Shown piece by piece: positions 26,681 to 36,190 of a stretch of 41,975 bases of DNA. Numbering within the stretch: position 1 is the stretch's first letter; each line of letters begins with the position of its first letter. Position numbers and translations under genes: made by a program. Where the stretch lies: assembly GCA_046483205.1 (NCBI GenBank), contig JAWODS010000345.1, forward strand, positions 1 to 41,975. The letters are read 5' to 3'. The notes under the pieces are model-generated. The model did not search any database. It worked only from the letters and a program-made list of their open reading frames with translations, and was not told where the DNA came from. The stretch comes from Armatimonadota bacterium. Its GTDB lineage: Bacteria; Armatimonadota; Zipacnadia; Zipacnadales; UBA11051.

Positions 26681-27367
26681 ATGGAGCTTGAGCGGCGGTT
26701 GAAGCGGCTGGATATGCGGCTCTCCGCGGGACATTTGAAGGAGGCCCGGCAGCTTGCAGAACAGCTCGTGGCCGACTTCCCCGGCAGCACCTCGGCCCAT
26801 GAGCTGTACGGCGATGTGTACATGGCCCTGGGCGATTCTGCCCGGGCGCGCAAATATTACAAGAAAGCCATGGAGCTTGAGCCCGCCAATGCTGATGCCG
26901 AGCGCAAGTTCGGCGCCGCCCTTATCAACATGTCGGAAACCGAGCAGCGCCGGAAGATGATCCAGGACCTGGTCACAGGAGTGGACGATCACTCCATTGG
27001 ATCCCGGCGACCCCTGAACGCCACCCTCATCGCTCTTATCTTCCCCGGTCTCGGCCAGCTTTACAACAGAGAGCACGAAAAGGGGATTGCCGCTTTTGTC
27101 ATCGCCTCGGTACTGGTCATCCTGCTGTTTCACTGGCTGGTGCTGACGCCCTGGAAGATAGTGGTGGCCCGGGCCGGTGACCAGAAGCTATCGTTTGCCC
27201 AGCAGTTTGAGCAGGCCCAGCAGGTCATCGGCACCATGCCCTGGACGTACTGGGTGCTGGTGGTTGGCGCACTTTTGCTCCTTCTCGGAATATACGCATA
27301 CAGCATCTGGGACGCGTATGCAACCGCCCGGAAGCGGGCATCAGACCATGAAGTACTCGGTGTCTGA
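26681..27367 (+). CDS. TPR-containing membrane protein
   Basis: N-terminal TPR (AHELYGDVY...[10 protein letters not shown]) and PGLGQLYN...TM...SIWDAY (TM2/DUF5683-like pattern). Start set at ATG 26681. Confidence 0.75.
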   Translation: MELERRLKRLDMRLSAGHLKEARQLAEQLVADFPGSTSAHELYGDVYMALGDSARARKYYKKAMELEPANADAERKFGAALINMSETEQRRKMIQDLVTGVDDHSIGSRRPLNATLIALIFPGLGQLYNREHEKGIAAFVIASVLVILLFHWLVLTPWKIVVARAGDQKLSFAQQFEQAQQVIGTMPWTYWVLVVGALLLLLGIYAYSIWDAYATARKRASDHEVLGV

Positions 27368-27391
27368 AATGGCCGCCGCTGAATACGGGGT

Positions 27392-27420
27392 TTGACATAG
27401 AGTATATTCTGTATTATGCT
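27392..27420 (+). promoter_or_regulatory. Sigma70-type promoter of the csp gene
   Basis: TTGACA (27392-27397), 17-nt spacer, TATGCT (27415-27420). Confidence 0.75.
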
Positions 27421-27465
27421 TTCCCAAAGGGAGCCCCACAACACGGCTATTGGGGGGATCGGGAA

Positions 27466-27768
27466 GTGCTCGGGCGCGTAAAGTGGTTTGACGCCCAGAA
27501 GGGCTACGGTTTCATCGAGCGCGACGACGAGCCGGACGTCTTCGTGCACTACAGCGCTATCCAGCAGGAAGGCTTCAAAACTCTCGATGACGGCGAGACG
27601 GTGGAGTTCGAGCTCATCCACGGCGATCGCGGCCCACAGGCTGCGAACGTTGTCCGCAAAGGGCAGTCGTCTGAGGAGTCGGAGCCAGTGAGTGAAGCGG
27701 CGGAAGAGGCGGACGAAGTGGACGCCGAAATCGAAACCGAAGATGAAGACGAAGGCTGGCTCTTTTAG
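27466..27768 (+). CDS. Cold-shock domain protein with acidic C-terminal tail
   Basis: [21 protein letters not shown] and GPQAANV; 35-aa D/E-rich tail. Confidence 0.93.
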   Translation: MLGRVKWFDAQKGYGFIERDDEPDVFVHYSAIQQEGFKTLDDGETVEFELIHGDRGPQAANVVRKGQSSEESEPVSEAAEEADEVDAEIETEDEDEGWLF

Positions 27769-27804
27769 GGAACGCTAACGTAAAAGAAAATGCCCTGCCC
27801 TCTC

Positions 27805-27857
27805 AAGACACCCATTTCCCGAACACATGGGGAAAAGTTGTGGGTGTTTTTGTTTTG
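27805..27857 (+). terminator. Probable intrinsic terminator after csp
   Basis: AAGACACCCA-TTTCCC ... GGGAAA ... TGGGTGTTTT bulged hairpin followed by a T-rich run. Confidence 0.55.
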
Positions 27858-27960
27858 TTGATTGACCTGATCATCCGCGGAGCATCCTGTCACCATGGGC
27901 AACAAAAAACCCGGGATTTGCCGTCTGGCTGAACATTACCTGCACCTCGCCCGAAGGGAT

Positions 27961-29694
27961 ATGAAGAGGACGCGATTTTTGCATTATGCGCGCATCCTCG
28001 CCGCCGGCACGATTGTCGGTGCTATAGGTGGCTTCGGTGCCATCGGCTTTCGCTGGTTGATTATATTCTTTGATCGAATCTTTTTTGAGACCATCCCCGG
28101 CCAGTTTCCCATCGTCGAGAGCTGGTGGATCATTGTTGCGCCGGCCCTCGGTGGCGCACTCGTTGGGCCGATCGTTACTTTTCTGGCCAAAGAGACTCGC
28201 GGAAGCGGGATCCCGGAGGTGATGGAGGCAATTTTCACCACCGGGGGCAAGATCAGAGCACGTGTGGCCCCACTGCGCGCCCTTGCCTCATCCATCCTGG
28301 CGGGCTCCGGCGGATCGGTTGGACGCGAAGGCCCGATTGTACAAATCGGTTCGGCGGTCTCCTCGCTTGTCGCACAGCTTCTGAAGTTAAAGCGGACCGA
28401 GATGCGGGTCCTGGTCGCATGTGGGGCCGCAGCAGGAATTTCAGCCACATTCAACTCACCGCTGGCAGGCGCCTTCTTCGCTCACGAAGTCGTCCTGATG
28501 AATTTCAGCGCCGACACATTCTTCCCGGTGGTCGTCTCCTCGGTTGTCGCCAGTATCATCGGCTATGCGGCATTCGGCAGCGAACCCACCTTTCGAATCC
28601 CCGAGTACAGCATTGAGACATTCACCGAAATGCCCCTCTTTCTTTTGCTAGGAGTGGTGCTTGCGGTGGCCGGCGTAATTTTCACACGGCTGCTGTATTC
28701 GGTCGAGTCGCTTTTCAAGCGCTCCCATATCCCCGCGTATCTGGCACCTGCCGCCGGCGGCCTGGCCGTCGGTCTCATCGCATATTTCGATCCCCGTGTG
28801 CTGGGGATCGGCTACGACATCATAGGCGATTTTTTACGACAGGAATATGTCGTCATCGGCAGTGTCATCCTGCTGGCGCTATTGAAGATCCTCGCCACCT
28901 CCCTGTCCATCGGTTCTGGAGGGTCCGGAGGGCTCGTTGCCCCCTCGCTATTTTTGGGAGCCGCCATTGGAGGAGCGCTGGGGCAGGCAGCGAACGCCTG
29001 GGGTGCAATGACCACTCCCTCCGCCTATGCGCTGGTCGGTATGGGCGGCGCATTCGCAGCTACCAGTCACGCTCCCATCACTTCGGTCCTGACCGTTTTC
29101 GAGCTGACGCGCGATTACAATATGATGCTGCCGCTGATGCTGACATGCGGTGTATCCACGATCGCGGCACGTGTGATTTACCGGTTTTCCATCTTTAACC
29201 TCCAGCTCGTGCGCCACGGTGTGCATTACTCCCTCACCGAAGATACCCGGCTGCTGGACCAGGTGACAGTACAAGAGGCCATGGTCACAGATGTTATCAC
29301 GGTGGCGCCTGATACGACCGTTGCCGAGGCCAGCCACCTCTTCGATGAGAGCAAGCACCACGGATTTCCCGTCGCCGACGCTGACGACACCCTGCACGGC
29401 ATTGTAACGCTGGAGGATGTTCGCAAGGCACTGGAAAATGATATGCAGGATGCGACGGTGCAGGAGGCAGGAACGCATGAACTGGTGGTCGCTTTCCCGG
29501 ATGAATCGCTGAACGACGCGCTCCGCAAGCTGGGCCTGCGAGATATCGGAAGGCTCCCGGTGGTTGACCGCGATGACCACACAAAGCTTCTGGGCCTGGT
29601 CACCCGCAAGAACATCATCGCTGCATACAACCGCGCGCTGATCAGGAGACACACGCACCTGCGCGATACCGTGCAATCCGAGCATATCGAGTGA
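27961..29694 (+). CDS. ClC family chloride channel/antiporter with tandem CBS domains
   Basis: GSGIP, GREGP, GGSGGLVAPSLF and FELT; two C-terminal CBS repeats. Alternative start 27895. Confidence 0.93.
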   Translation: MKRTRFLHYARILAAGTIVGAIGGFGAIGFRWLIIFFDRIFFETIPGQFPIVESWWIIVAPALGGALVGPIVTFLAKETRGSGIPEVMEAIFTTGGKIRARVAPLRALASSILAGSGGSVGREGPIVQIGSAVSSLVAQLLKLKRTEMRVLVACGAAAGISATFNSPLAGAFFAHEVVLMNFSADTFFPVVVSSVVASIIGYAAFGSEPTFRIPEYSIETFTEMPLFLLLGVVLAVAGVIFTRLLYSVESLFKRSHIPAYLAPAAGGLAVGLIAYFDPRVLGIGYDIIGDFLRQEYVVIGSVILLALLKILATSLSIGSGGSGGLVAPSLFLGAAIGGALGQAANAWGAMTTPSAYALVGMGGAFAATSHAPITSVLTVFELTRDYNMMLPLMLTCGVSTIAARVIYRFSIFNLQLVRHGVHYSLTEDTRLLDQVTVQEAMVTDVITVAPDTTVAEASHLFDESKHHGFPVADADDTLHGIVTLEDVRKALENDMQDATVQEAGTHELVVAFPDESLNDALRKLGLRDIGRLPVVDRDDHTKLLGLVTRKNIIAAYNRALIRRHTHLRDTVQSEHIE

Positions 29695-30458
29695 AAACAT
29701 CCATGACGACCGGTGAACGTGACCTGCTGATTATCATTGCCACATACAACGAGCGCGAGAACCTTCCGATTCTCATGCGGCGTCTTATGTCGCTTGACCT
29801 GTCCGCCGATGTGCTGGTGGTGGACGATGCCTCCCCCGACGGGACGGGAGATATTGCCGAAGCGCTCGCCCGCCAGTATGGGGGGCATATTCACACGAAA
29901 CATCGGGCAGGGAAGCTCGGCTATGCTTCTGCTCTCCGGGAGGGCTTCCACTTCGGCCTCGATGAAAGATACCGCGTTATCATGACGATGGACGCCGACC
30001 TTTCTCACCAGCCGGAGAAGGTGCCGGAGCTGTACGCAGCGGCGAAAAGAGCGGATGTGGTCATTGGCTCGCGCTATACTCCCGGCGGCGGCACGCAAAA
30101 CTGGCCGTGGTATCGTCGGGCGCTGAGCCGCACCGCCTCAGTGCTGGCCCGCTTCATGACGGGGCTCCGCGTCCGTGACTGCACCGGCGGTTTTCGCGCG
30201 TACCGCCGGGAGATTATCAAGGCGTCAGGCATGTTGGACAGCACCACGGAGGGCTATTCATTTCTGGTCGAAGCGCTCTACAAATGCGCCGCAGCCGGGG
30301 CGCAAATCGTCGAGGTGCCGATTACCTTCGTCGAGCGCCGGCGCGGCGCTTCGAAAATCTCCAGGCGAATCATCTTCGAGGCCGCCTGGATTCTGTGCAA
30401 ACTCGCCTGGAAGCGTATCACGGGCCGAAAAGAACCTCTCCGCCGCGGGGAAGAGTAA
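29691..30458 (+). CDS. Polyprenol-phosphate glycosyltransferase (GT2, DPM1/Ppm1-like)
   Basis: TYNERENL, VDDASPDGT, MDADLSH, GSRY, D.TGGFR and F.ERR.G.SK. Confidence 0.92.
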   Translation: MKTSMTTGERDLLIIIATYNERENLPILMRRLMSLDLSADVLVVDDASPDGTGDIAEALARQYGGHIHTKHRAGKLGYASALREGFHFGLDERYRVIMTMDADLSHQPEKVPELYAAAKRADVVIGSRYTPGGGTQNWPWYRRALSRTASVLARFMTGLRVRDCTGGFRAYRREIIKASGMLDSTTEGYSFLVEALYKCAAAGAQIVEVPITFVERRRGASKISRRIIFEAAWILCKLAWKRITGRKEPLRRGEE

Positions 30459-30574
30459 ACAACTCTCTTTGGGCGGAAGGGGAAACGCCCGTGAATGTCG
30501 AATGGTAATAGATGTGGCAATACGCTGGTGTGTCGGTGTATGTACCAGCATCATCACACAGGAGGCAGATAAAG

Positions 30575-31849
30575 ATGTCAGACGAACTGGCAATTAATGG
30601 TGGCGAACCGGTGCGGGAAAAACCCTTTCCCCCATGGCCATATTTCGACGAGGAATCCATTGAAGCAGCGATGGAGCCTTTGAAAAGCGGGGAGGTTAAC
30701 TACTGGACCGGAAGCGTCGGCATGGAGTTTGAAAAGAAATTTGCCGAATGGTGCGGCTGTGAGTACGGAATATCCACCAACAGCGGCACGAGCGCTCTTC
30801 ACACGGCGATGGCCGGTGCTTTGAATATCGGCCCCGGTGACGAGGTGATTGTTCCCAGCTACACCTTCATTGCCTCATCAATGTCCGTGGCGCAGTGTGG
30901 CGCGGTGCCGGTGTTCGCAGACGTCGAGCGGCTCACCCACACCATCTCCCCGGATTCCATACGGGAAAAGATTTCCGCGCGGACGAAGGCGATTGTCCCC
31001 GTGCATCTGTACGGCTGCATGTGTGACATGGATCCGATCATGGAGATCGCCGAGGAATACGACCTGTACGTCATCGAGGACTTCGCCCAGGCCCATGGCG
31101 GGGAGTATAAGGGCCAGAAGGCCGGCAGCATCGGACACGTCAACGCGACCTCATTCTGCCAGAGCAAGCACTTCACCACCGGCGGCGAGGGCGGCTGTGT
31201 CGTCACCGATAACGAGGAATGGGCCTGGAACGCCCGGGCATTTCGAGATCACGGCTACGACGTCTCCGAGCGGATGCGGCTTCTGGAACTGGAAGCGAAG
31301 CTGCCCTACATCCACAACCGCATCGGCTTCAACTTCCGGCTGACTGAGATGCAGTCGGCGATCGGCCTGCGGCAGCTTGAGATCATCGACGAGTGGAACC
31401 TTGCGAACCGCCGCCGGAATGCGAAGATTCTGGATGAAGAGCTGGCCGATGAGTCGTACATCCTGCAGCTTCCGATCGACACCGCTGACCGCAAGAACGC
31501 CTACTGGCTGTATCCGATCATCCTCGATATCGACCGCCTCACCGTCGAGGCCCGTGACTTCTTCGAGGCCCTCGACGCCGAGGGAGTACCGGCCGGTCCG
31601 GTGTTGTGGCCCGAAGGCTACCGGGAGCGCTGCTACCGAAACCACAACGGCTTCGGGCGTCTGCAGTACCCGTTCCGCGACCCGGCCACGCGCCCCGAAG
31701 CGGTGGAGTATGTCAACGAAGAGCTTCCCAACGCCATCTGGGCCGAAAGCCGCACCTTCTTCACCGCCATCCACCCGACCTATGAAGAGGAAGACGTCCG
31801 CGATATCGCCGCGGCCATCAAGAAGGTCGGGGCAGCATACAGCGAGTAA
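30575..31849 (+). CDS. DegT/DnrJ/EryC1/StrS family sugar aminotransferase
   Basis: NSGTSALH, PGDEVIVP.YTF.AS, VHLYG, EDFAQAHG and SF..SKH.T.GGEGG; GGAGG RBS before ATG 30575. Confidence 0.93.
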   Translation: MSDELAINGGEPVREKPFPPWPYFDEESIEAAMEPLKSGEVNYWTGSVGMEFEKKFAEWCGCEYGISTNSGTSALHTAMAGALNIGPGDEVIVPSYTFIASSMSVAQCGAVPVFADVERLTHTISPDSIREKISARTKAIVPVHLYGCMCDMDPIMEIAEEYDLYVIEDFAQAHGGEYKGQKAGSIGHVNATSFCQSKHFTTGGEGGCVVTDNEEWAWNARAFRDHGYDVSERMRLLELEAKLPYIHNRIGFNFRLTEMQSAIGLRQLEIIDEWNLANRRRNAKILDEELADESYILQLPIDTADRKNAYWLYPIILDIDRLTVEARDFFEALDAEGVPAGPVLWPEGYRERCYRNHNGFGRLQYPFRDPATRPEAVEYVNEELPNAIWAESRTFFTAIHPTYEEEDVRDIAAAIKKVGAAYSE

Positions 31850-31874
31850 GCACGCAGCCCTGACACGCTATCAC

Positions 31875-31914
31875 ACAGCTCGCCGACACCCCATACGTCG
31901 GCGAGCTGTTTGTT
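31875..31914 (+). terminator. Intrinsic terminator after the DegT gene
   Basis: Perfect 13-bp stem ACAGCTCGCCGAC / GTCGGCGAGCTGT with a 9-nt loop, followed by TTGTT. Confidence 0.7.
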
Positions 31915-32056
31915 GACTCCCTGTGCTTCCCTCCTTTGTCGAAAGTCGCGCTATGATGTAAAATCATGGTACCAATCAGATATTTGCAGCGATCCCTCAC
32001 CTGCAGGCGCAAATTCTGCATCTGCAGGACAATATAGAGGCAATAAGGAGAGAGAC

Positions 32057-32527
32057 ATGGTCGCAAAAGACATTATGAAAACTGATTTTCCCTCTGTGAA
32101 ACCAGACACTGTTCTTGTGGACGCGCAGGACGTGATGTTCAAGTCCGGAGCCCTGCTGCTGCCGGTCATTGGCGAGGATGGCTGCCCGTGTGGAGTTCTT
32201 CTGGAGGCGGATTTGCTGCGGGCTGTGTTGCCGAAATATCTGGACAGTCTGGCGAGTTTGAACTTCTTGCCGGAATCGTGTTCGCTGTATGACGTCGATG
32301 TCAAGGTGGAGCAGATGACGGTCGAGGAAATTATGGAGGAGCGGAAGCTCCACACGATCGAAGAGGACACGCGCCTCGTACAAATTGCCCACACTTTCGT
32401 TACCAAGAAGATCGCGGCTGTGGGCGTGGTTCGCGACGATGCGGTCGTCGGGATGGTGCACCGAAGAGAGCTCGTCGAGCATATCTTCGAGCACACGCTG
32501 TGTGAAGTGGAGTATGATGACGAATGA
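32057..32527 (+). CDS. CBS domain pair protein
   Basis: AKDIM...LPVI...G...E.DLL and TVEEIM...VVGMV.R.EL; AAGGAG RBS before ATG 32057. Confidence 0.85.
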   Translation: MVAKDIMKTDFPSVKPDTVLVDAQDVMFKSGALLLPVIGEDGCPCGVLLEADLLRAVLPKYLDSLASLNFLPESCSLYDVDVKVEQMTVEEIMEERKLHTIEEDTRLVQIAHTFVTKKIAAVGVVRDDAVVGMVHRRELVEHIFEHTLCEVEYDDE

Positions 32528-33864
32528 CCTGGCCCGCGATTCTTGCGATATCCATTTTTGTTGTTTCGTATCTACTCCTTGCATTTGAGATAGTTCACAA
32601 AGCCACAGCGACCATGGCCGGTGCAGTGCTGATGATTATTCTCGGTATTGTCAGCCAGCACACCGCCTTTCGCGGCGATGAGGCTCTCAATATACAGGGC
32701 ATCGACTGGAATACTATCCTGCTGCTGATAGGCATGATGGTCATCGTCGCCATTACCCGCCAGACCGGTGGCTTCGAATGGCTGGCCATCAAGGCGGCCA
32801 AATCCGTCCGGGGACATCCAACGAAGGTTATTATGCTGTTGTGTGTCGTCACGGCCCTGCTGTCGGCATTTTTGGACAATGTCACCACCGTCATTGTCCT
32901 TGCGCCGGTAGCGATCTTGATCTTCGAGCGACTGGAAGCCGATCCGGTTCCGGCGTTGATTTCGATCATCCTGGCATCCAACTTCGGGGGAACCGCAACA
33001 CTCATCGGAGACCCGCCCAATATCATCATCGGCTCCGCCGCGCGCATCCCGTTTATTGACTTTCTGTTCGTCGATGGTGTGGCGGCCGTGATAGCAATGG
33101 GCGTGCTTCTCGCTGCCATCGCGCTGGTGCTGCATCCCCGCATTCACGTGCCGCAGGAGCTTCAGGAGCGGGTGATGGAGTTCGACGAGGATGAGGCCAT
33201 TACAGATCCACGGCTGCTTCGCAAGTGCATCATCGTCTTCAGCGTGACCATGCTGGGTTTTGTCACGCACGGCTTTCTCGGGTTTGAAGTGGCCACCATC
33301 GCCCTGACAGGTGCAGTGATTCTCCTGCTGTGGCACGATGAGGGCCCCGAAGAGGCCCTGGCGAACGTCGAATGGACGACAATCTTCTTTTTCATCGGCC
33401 TGTTTATCATGGTGGCGGGTCTCGCACAGACCGGCGTGGTACAGATGCTCGGTGAGGGGCTTTTGTCGGTTACAGAAGGCAGCACGTCTGTGCTGACAAT
33501 GGTCGTACTCTGGCTGTCAGGCGTCTCGGTGAGTGTCATAAACAACACAGCCTACGCAGCGATGATGACCCCCCTCATTCAATCCATTGCTGAGACTCTG
33601 CATGCAAATCCGGACGCGGCCTCGTGGGAGGCTGTGTATCAGAGTAAAGATATCCTGCCGCTGTGGTGGGCTCTTTCGCTTGGCTCCTGCCTCGGGGGCG
33701 TCACCACCCTCGTCGGCTCGGCTGCAAACGTTGTCGTCGCCGGCATCGCCGAAAGCAGCGGACACCCGATAAGCTTCGGCAGGTACCTCAAATATGGCAT
33801 ACCCATGGCATTCATTACACTGCTCGTCGCCACGGGATGGCTATGGTTGATATTCCTGCGATAG
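32524..33864 (+). CDS. ArsB/NhaD (IT superfamily) transporter
   Basis: IDWNTILLLIGMM, SAFLDNVTT, ATLIGDPPN, EW.T.FFF.GLF and GSAANVV. Confidence 0.92.
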   Translation: MTWPAILAISIFVVSYLLLAFEIVHKATATMAGAVLMIILGIVSQHTAFRGDEALNIQGIDWNTILLLIGMMVIVAITRQTGGFEWLAIKAAKSVRGHPTKVIMLLCVVTALLSAFLDNVTTVIVLAPVAILIFERLEADPVPALISIILASNFGGTATLIGDPPNIIIGSAARIPFIDFLFVDGVAAVIAMGVLLAAIALVLHPRIHVPQELQERVMEFDEDEAITDPRLLRKCIIVFSVTMLGFVTHGFLGFEVATIALTGAVILLLWHDEGPEEALANVEWTTIFFFIGLFIMVAGLAQTGVVQMLGEGLLSVTEGSTSVLTMVVLWLSGVSVSVINNTAYAAMMTPLIQSIAETLHANPDAASWEAVYQSKDILPLWWALSLGSCLGGVTTLVGSAANVVVAGIAESSGHPISFGRYLKYGIPMAFITLLVATGWLWLIFLR

Positions 33865-33886
33865 GCGCGTTTCGGAGGCCCTTCTC

Positions 33887-34345
33887 ATGAGCGAATTACA
33901 GCGTTTCGGAATCTCGATGTCACATGAGCTGTTGCAGCAGTTCGACGAAGCAATCGATGAACAGGGATACGCCAACCGCTCGGAGGCGATCCGTGACATC
34001 GTCCGCAACTATCTCATCCAGCGCCATACGAAGCACTCCGATGCGGAGGTCGTCGGCACTGTCACCCTCATCTACGACCACCATACCCGGGGGCTGGAAT
34101 CACGCCTCATTGACATCCAGCACGAAGACGTTGATGCCATCCGCTGCAGCACTCACGTCCACCTCGATGACGACAACTGTATCGAGGTGCTCGTGATGCG
34201 CGGGCAGGCGGACAATGTCCGCAAGATTGCGGACAGTCTCATAAGCACGCGCGGTGTAAAGCACGGGCACCTGACCTGCACGAGTGTGGAAGCGATCGCA
34301 GAGGGCAAACATGGTCACGACCATCCCCACGATCATGACCACTGA
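33887..34345 (+). CDS. nikR: Nickel-responsive regulator with His-rich tail
   Basis: RFGISM ribbon, NRSEAIRD, YDHH, QH and H.HLD...C.EV; tail HGHDHPHDHDH. Confidence 0.93.
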   Translation: MSELQRFGISMSHELLQQFDEAIDEQGYANRSEAIRDIVRNYLIQRHTKHSDAEVVGTVTLIYDHHTRGLESRLIDIQHEDVDAIRCSTHVHLDDDNCIEVLVMRGQADNVRKIADSLISTRGVKHGHLTCTSVEAIAEGKHGHDHPHDHDH

Positions 34346-34395
34346 GCCGGCCGGGGCGGATTGATGGCGCCGAAGGGATGGAGGTGCTTTTTACC

Positions 34396-35325
34396 ATGAA
34401 GCGCGTTGTCAGTGTGAGTCTCGGCTCCAGCAGCCGGGACAAGCAGAGCGAAGTCGAGCTCCTCGGTGAGCGGTATCTTCTCGAGCGCATGGGCACCGAC
34501 GGTAGCATGGAGCGGGCGGTCGAAAAAATCCGCGAGATCGACGGCGAGGTGGAGGCCATCGGTCTCGGCGGAATTGACCTGTACCTGGTCGCCGGCGAAC
34601 GCAGGTGGGTTATCCGCGACGCCCTGAAACTCGCAAATGCTGCCGAAAAAACGCCGGTGGTGGACGGAAGCGGCCTCAAAGATACCCTGGAGCGACAGAC
34701 CGTCCAGACGCTCCATGACGAAGGACAACTCGTCCCGGCAGGCAAAGCCCCGGCCGACGTGAGGGTGCTGGTTGTGTCGGCGGCAGACCGCTTCGGTATG
34801 GCCGAAACCTTCGTCTCCCTGGGCTACCACTGCACCTTCGGTGACCTCATCTACGCCCTCAGAATACCCATACCACTACGGCGTCTGTGGCTTGTTGAAC
34901 TTGCTGCAACACTGGCCTGTCCAATCCTGGTGCGTCTTCCCTTCCGCATCCTCTACCCCACCGGCGGCCGCCAGGAGACGTCGGTCAGGGGCGGCTCGAA
35001 GTATTTTGCAGATGCAGACATCATTGGTGGCGACTTCCATTATATCAGGCGTTACCTTCCGGAAAGCGGCGACCTCCTCGCAGGAAAAACCATCATCACC
35101 AATACCACCACGGAAGAAGATGTTGATCTGCTGGGCAGTCTGAAGCTGCACCGCCTGATCACCACCACCCCGAGAATCGGCGGCAGATCGTTCGGCACGA
35201 ACGTCATGGAAGCGCTGCTGGTGGCTCTTTCAGGGCGTCTCCCGGAGGAGCTGCAACGGGCCGACTACGCCGACCTGCTCGTTGAAATCGGCTGGCGCCC
35301 AAACGTACAGGTCCTCAACGAGTAG
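34396..35325 (+). CDS. Conserved protein of unknown function (family often auto-annotated 'quinate 5-dehydrogenase')
   Basis: MKRVVSVSLGSS.RD, R.GTDG, GLGGIDL, DGSGLK.TLER, GGDFHYI and GRSFGTNVMEA, recognised from memory; GGAGG RBS before ATG 34396. Confidence 0.65.
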   Translation: MKRVVSVSLGSSSRDKQSEVELLGERYLLERMGTDGSMERAVEKIREIDGEVEAIGLGGIDLYLVAGERRWVIRDALKLANAAEKTPVVDGSGLKDTLERQTVQTLHDEGQLVPAGKAPADVRVLVVSAADRFGMAETFVSLGYHCTFGDLIYALRIPIPLRRLWLVELAATLACPILVRLPFRILYPTGGRQETSVRGGSKYFADADIIGGDFHYIRRYLPESGDLLAGKTIITNTTTEEDVDLLGSLKLHRLITTTPRIGGRSFGTNVMEALLVALSGRLPEELQRADYADLLVEIGWRPNVQVLNE

Positions 35326-35460
35326 CACAGCGCTGCACCATCTTCACGTGCCTTCTCCACTTCCGCCACAGCAAAATCTTTTTTTCTGGCAGGAAACTCT
35401 CCCGGCGGGAAGAAGTATATTACATGTGTTTTTTCTTAATAGGCCTGGAGGAGGCGTTTC

Positions 35461-36081
35461 ATGCAAAGGGGTTTTACGCTCATTGAGCTGCTTGTCGTCA
35501 TCGCGATCATCGCCATACTGGCGGCGATCCTTTTTCCTGTTTTTGCCCGCGCCCGGGAAAAAGCCCGGGAAACGAGCTGTCTTTCGAACGTGAAGGAGAT
35601 TACTCTGGCACTGATCATGTACAAGGATGACTACGACGGCACCTTCCCGCTGGACCGTTTTGAAAATCCGCGAGTGTATTGGTGCGTCGCTGTCAACCCG
35701 TACATCGGCCAGCAGGAAATCAGCGGATGGACAGGCAGCAACTACGGTATCTGGCAATGTCCGTCCTTCCACGGAGAACCTGCGTGGTACGGAGGCGCTT
35801 ACAGTGACTATGGACTGAACTACCACATTGATGGCCACAATGAGGCGGAATACGACTTTCCTGCACAGACGCCGGTCATTGCCGAAAATTTCTACTCACA
35901 CTCCAATGGCAATGACTATGGCTGGTACCGATGGTATGGCATCAATCATTCACGAACCCGTTTTGACCACAACGAGCGAGGCAACTTCGGCTTCATGGAC
36001 GGACATGCGAAGGGCAACACCCGAACGGGGATGATGAGCGGCGCGTATTACGACTACTGTGGCTATTACCCGCCCAGTTAA
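35461..36081 (+). CDS. Prepilin-type N-terminal cleavage/methylation protein with H-X9-DG C-terminal motif (DUF1559-like)
   Basis: [38 protein letters not shown]; CPS; [13 protein letters not shown]. Confidence 0.92.
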   Translation: MQRGFTLIELLVVIAIIAILAAILFPVFARAREKARETSCLSNVKEITLALIMYKDDYDGTFPLDRFENPRVYWCVAVNPYIGQQEISGWTGSNYGIWQCPSFHGEPAWYGGAYSDYGLNYHIDGHNEAEYDFPAQTPVIAENFYSHSNGNDYGWYRWYGINHSRTRFDHNERGNFGFMDGHAKGNTRTGMMSGAYYDYCGYYPPS

Positions 36082-36110
36082 TCGGCAGCACTGAAACCGG
36101 ATATACAAAC

Positions 36111-36160
36111 AAACCGCATTCGCCGATCCTCACTGACAATGGCGAATGCGGTCTTTTTAT
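36111..36160. terminator. Intrinsic terminator between convergent genes (probably bidirectional)
   Basis: 12-bp stem ACCGCATTCGCC / GGCGAATGCGGT followed by CTTTTTAT, with A-rich sequence on the other flank. Confidence 0.7.
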
Positions 36161-36190
36161 CTGAACGAACGCTTTCGGTGCATCCGGCGG

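Noticed and set aside
27769-27960. Possible fluoride riboswitch upstream of the ClC gene
   Set aside because: No crcB-motif consensus is visible and the ClC has GSGIP rather than fluoride-type motifs; the hairpin is better explained as the csp terminator.
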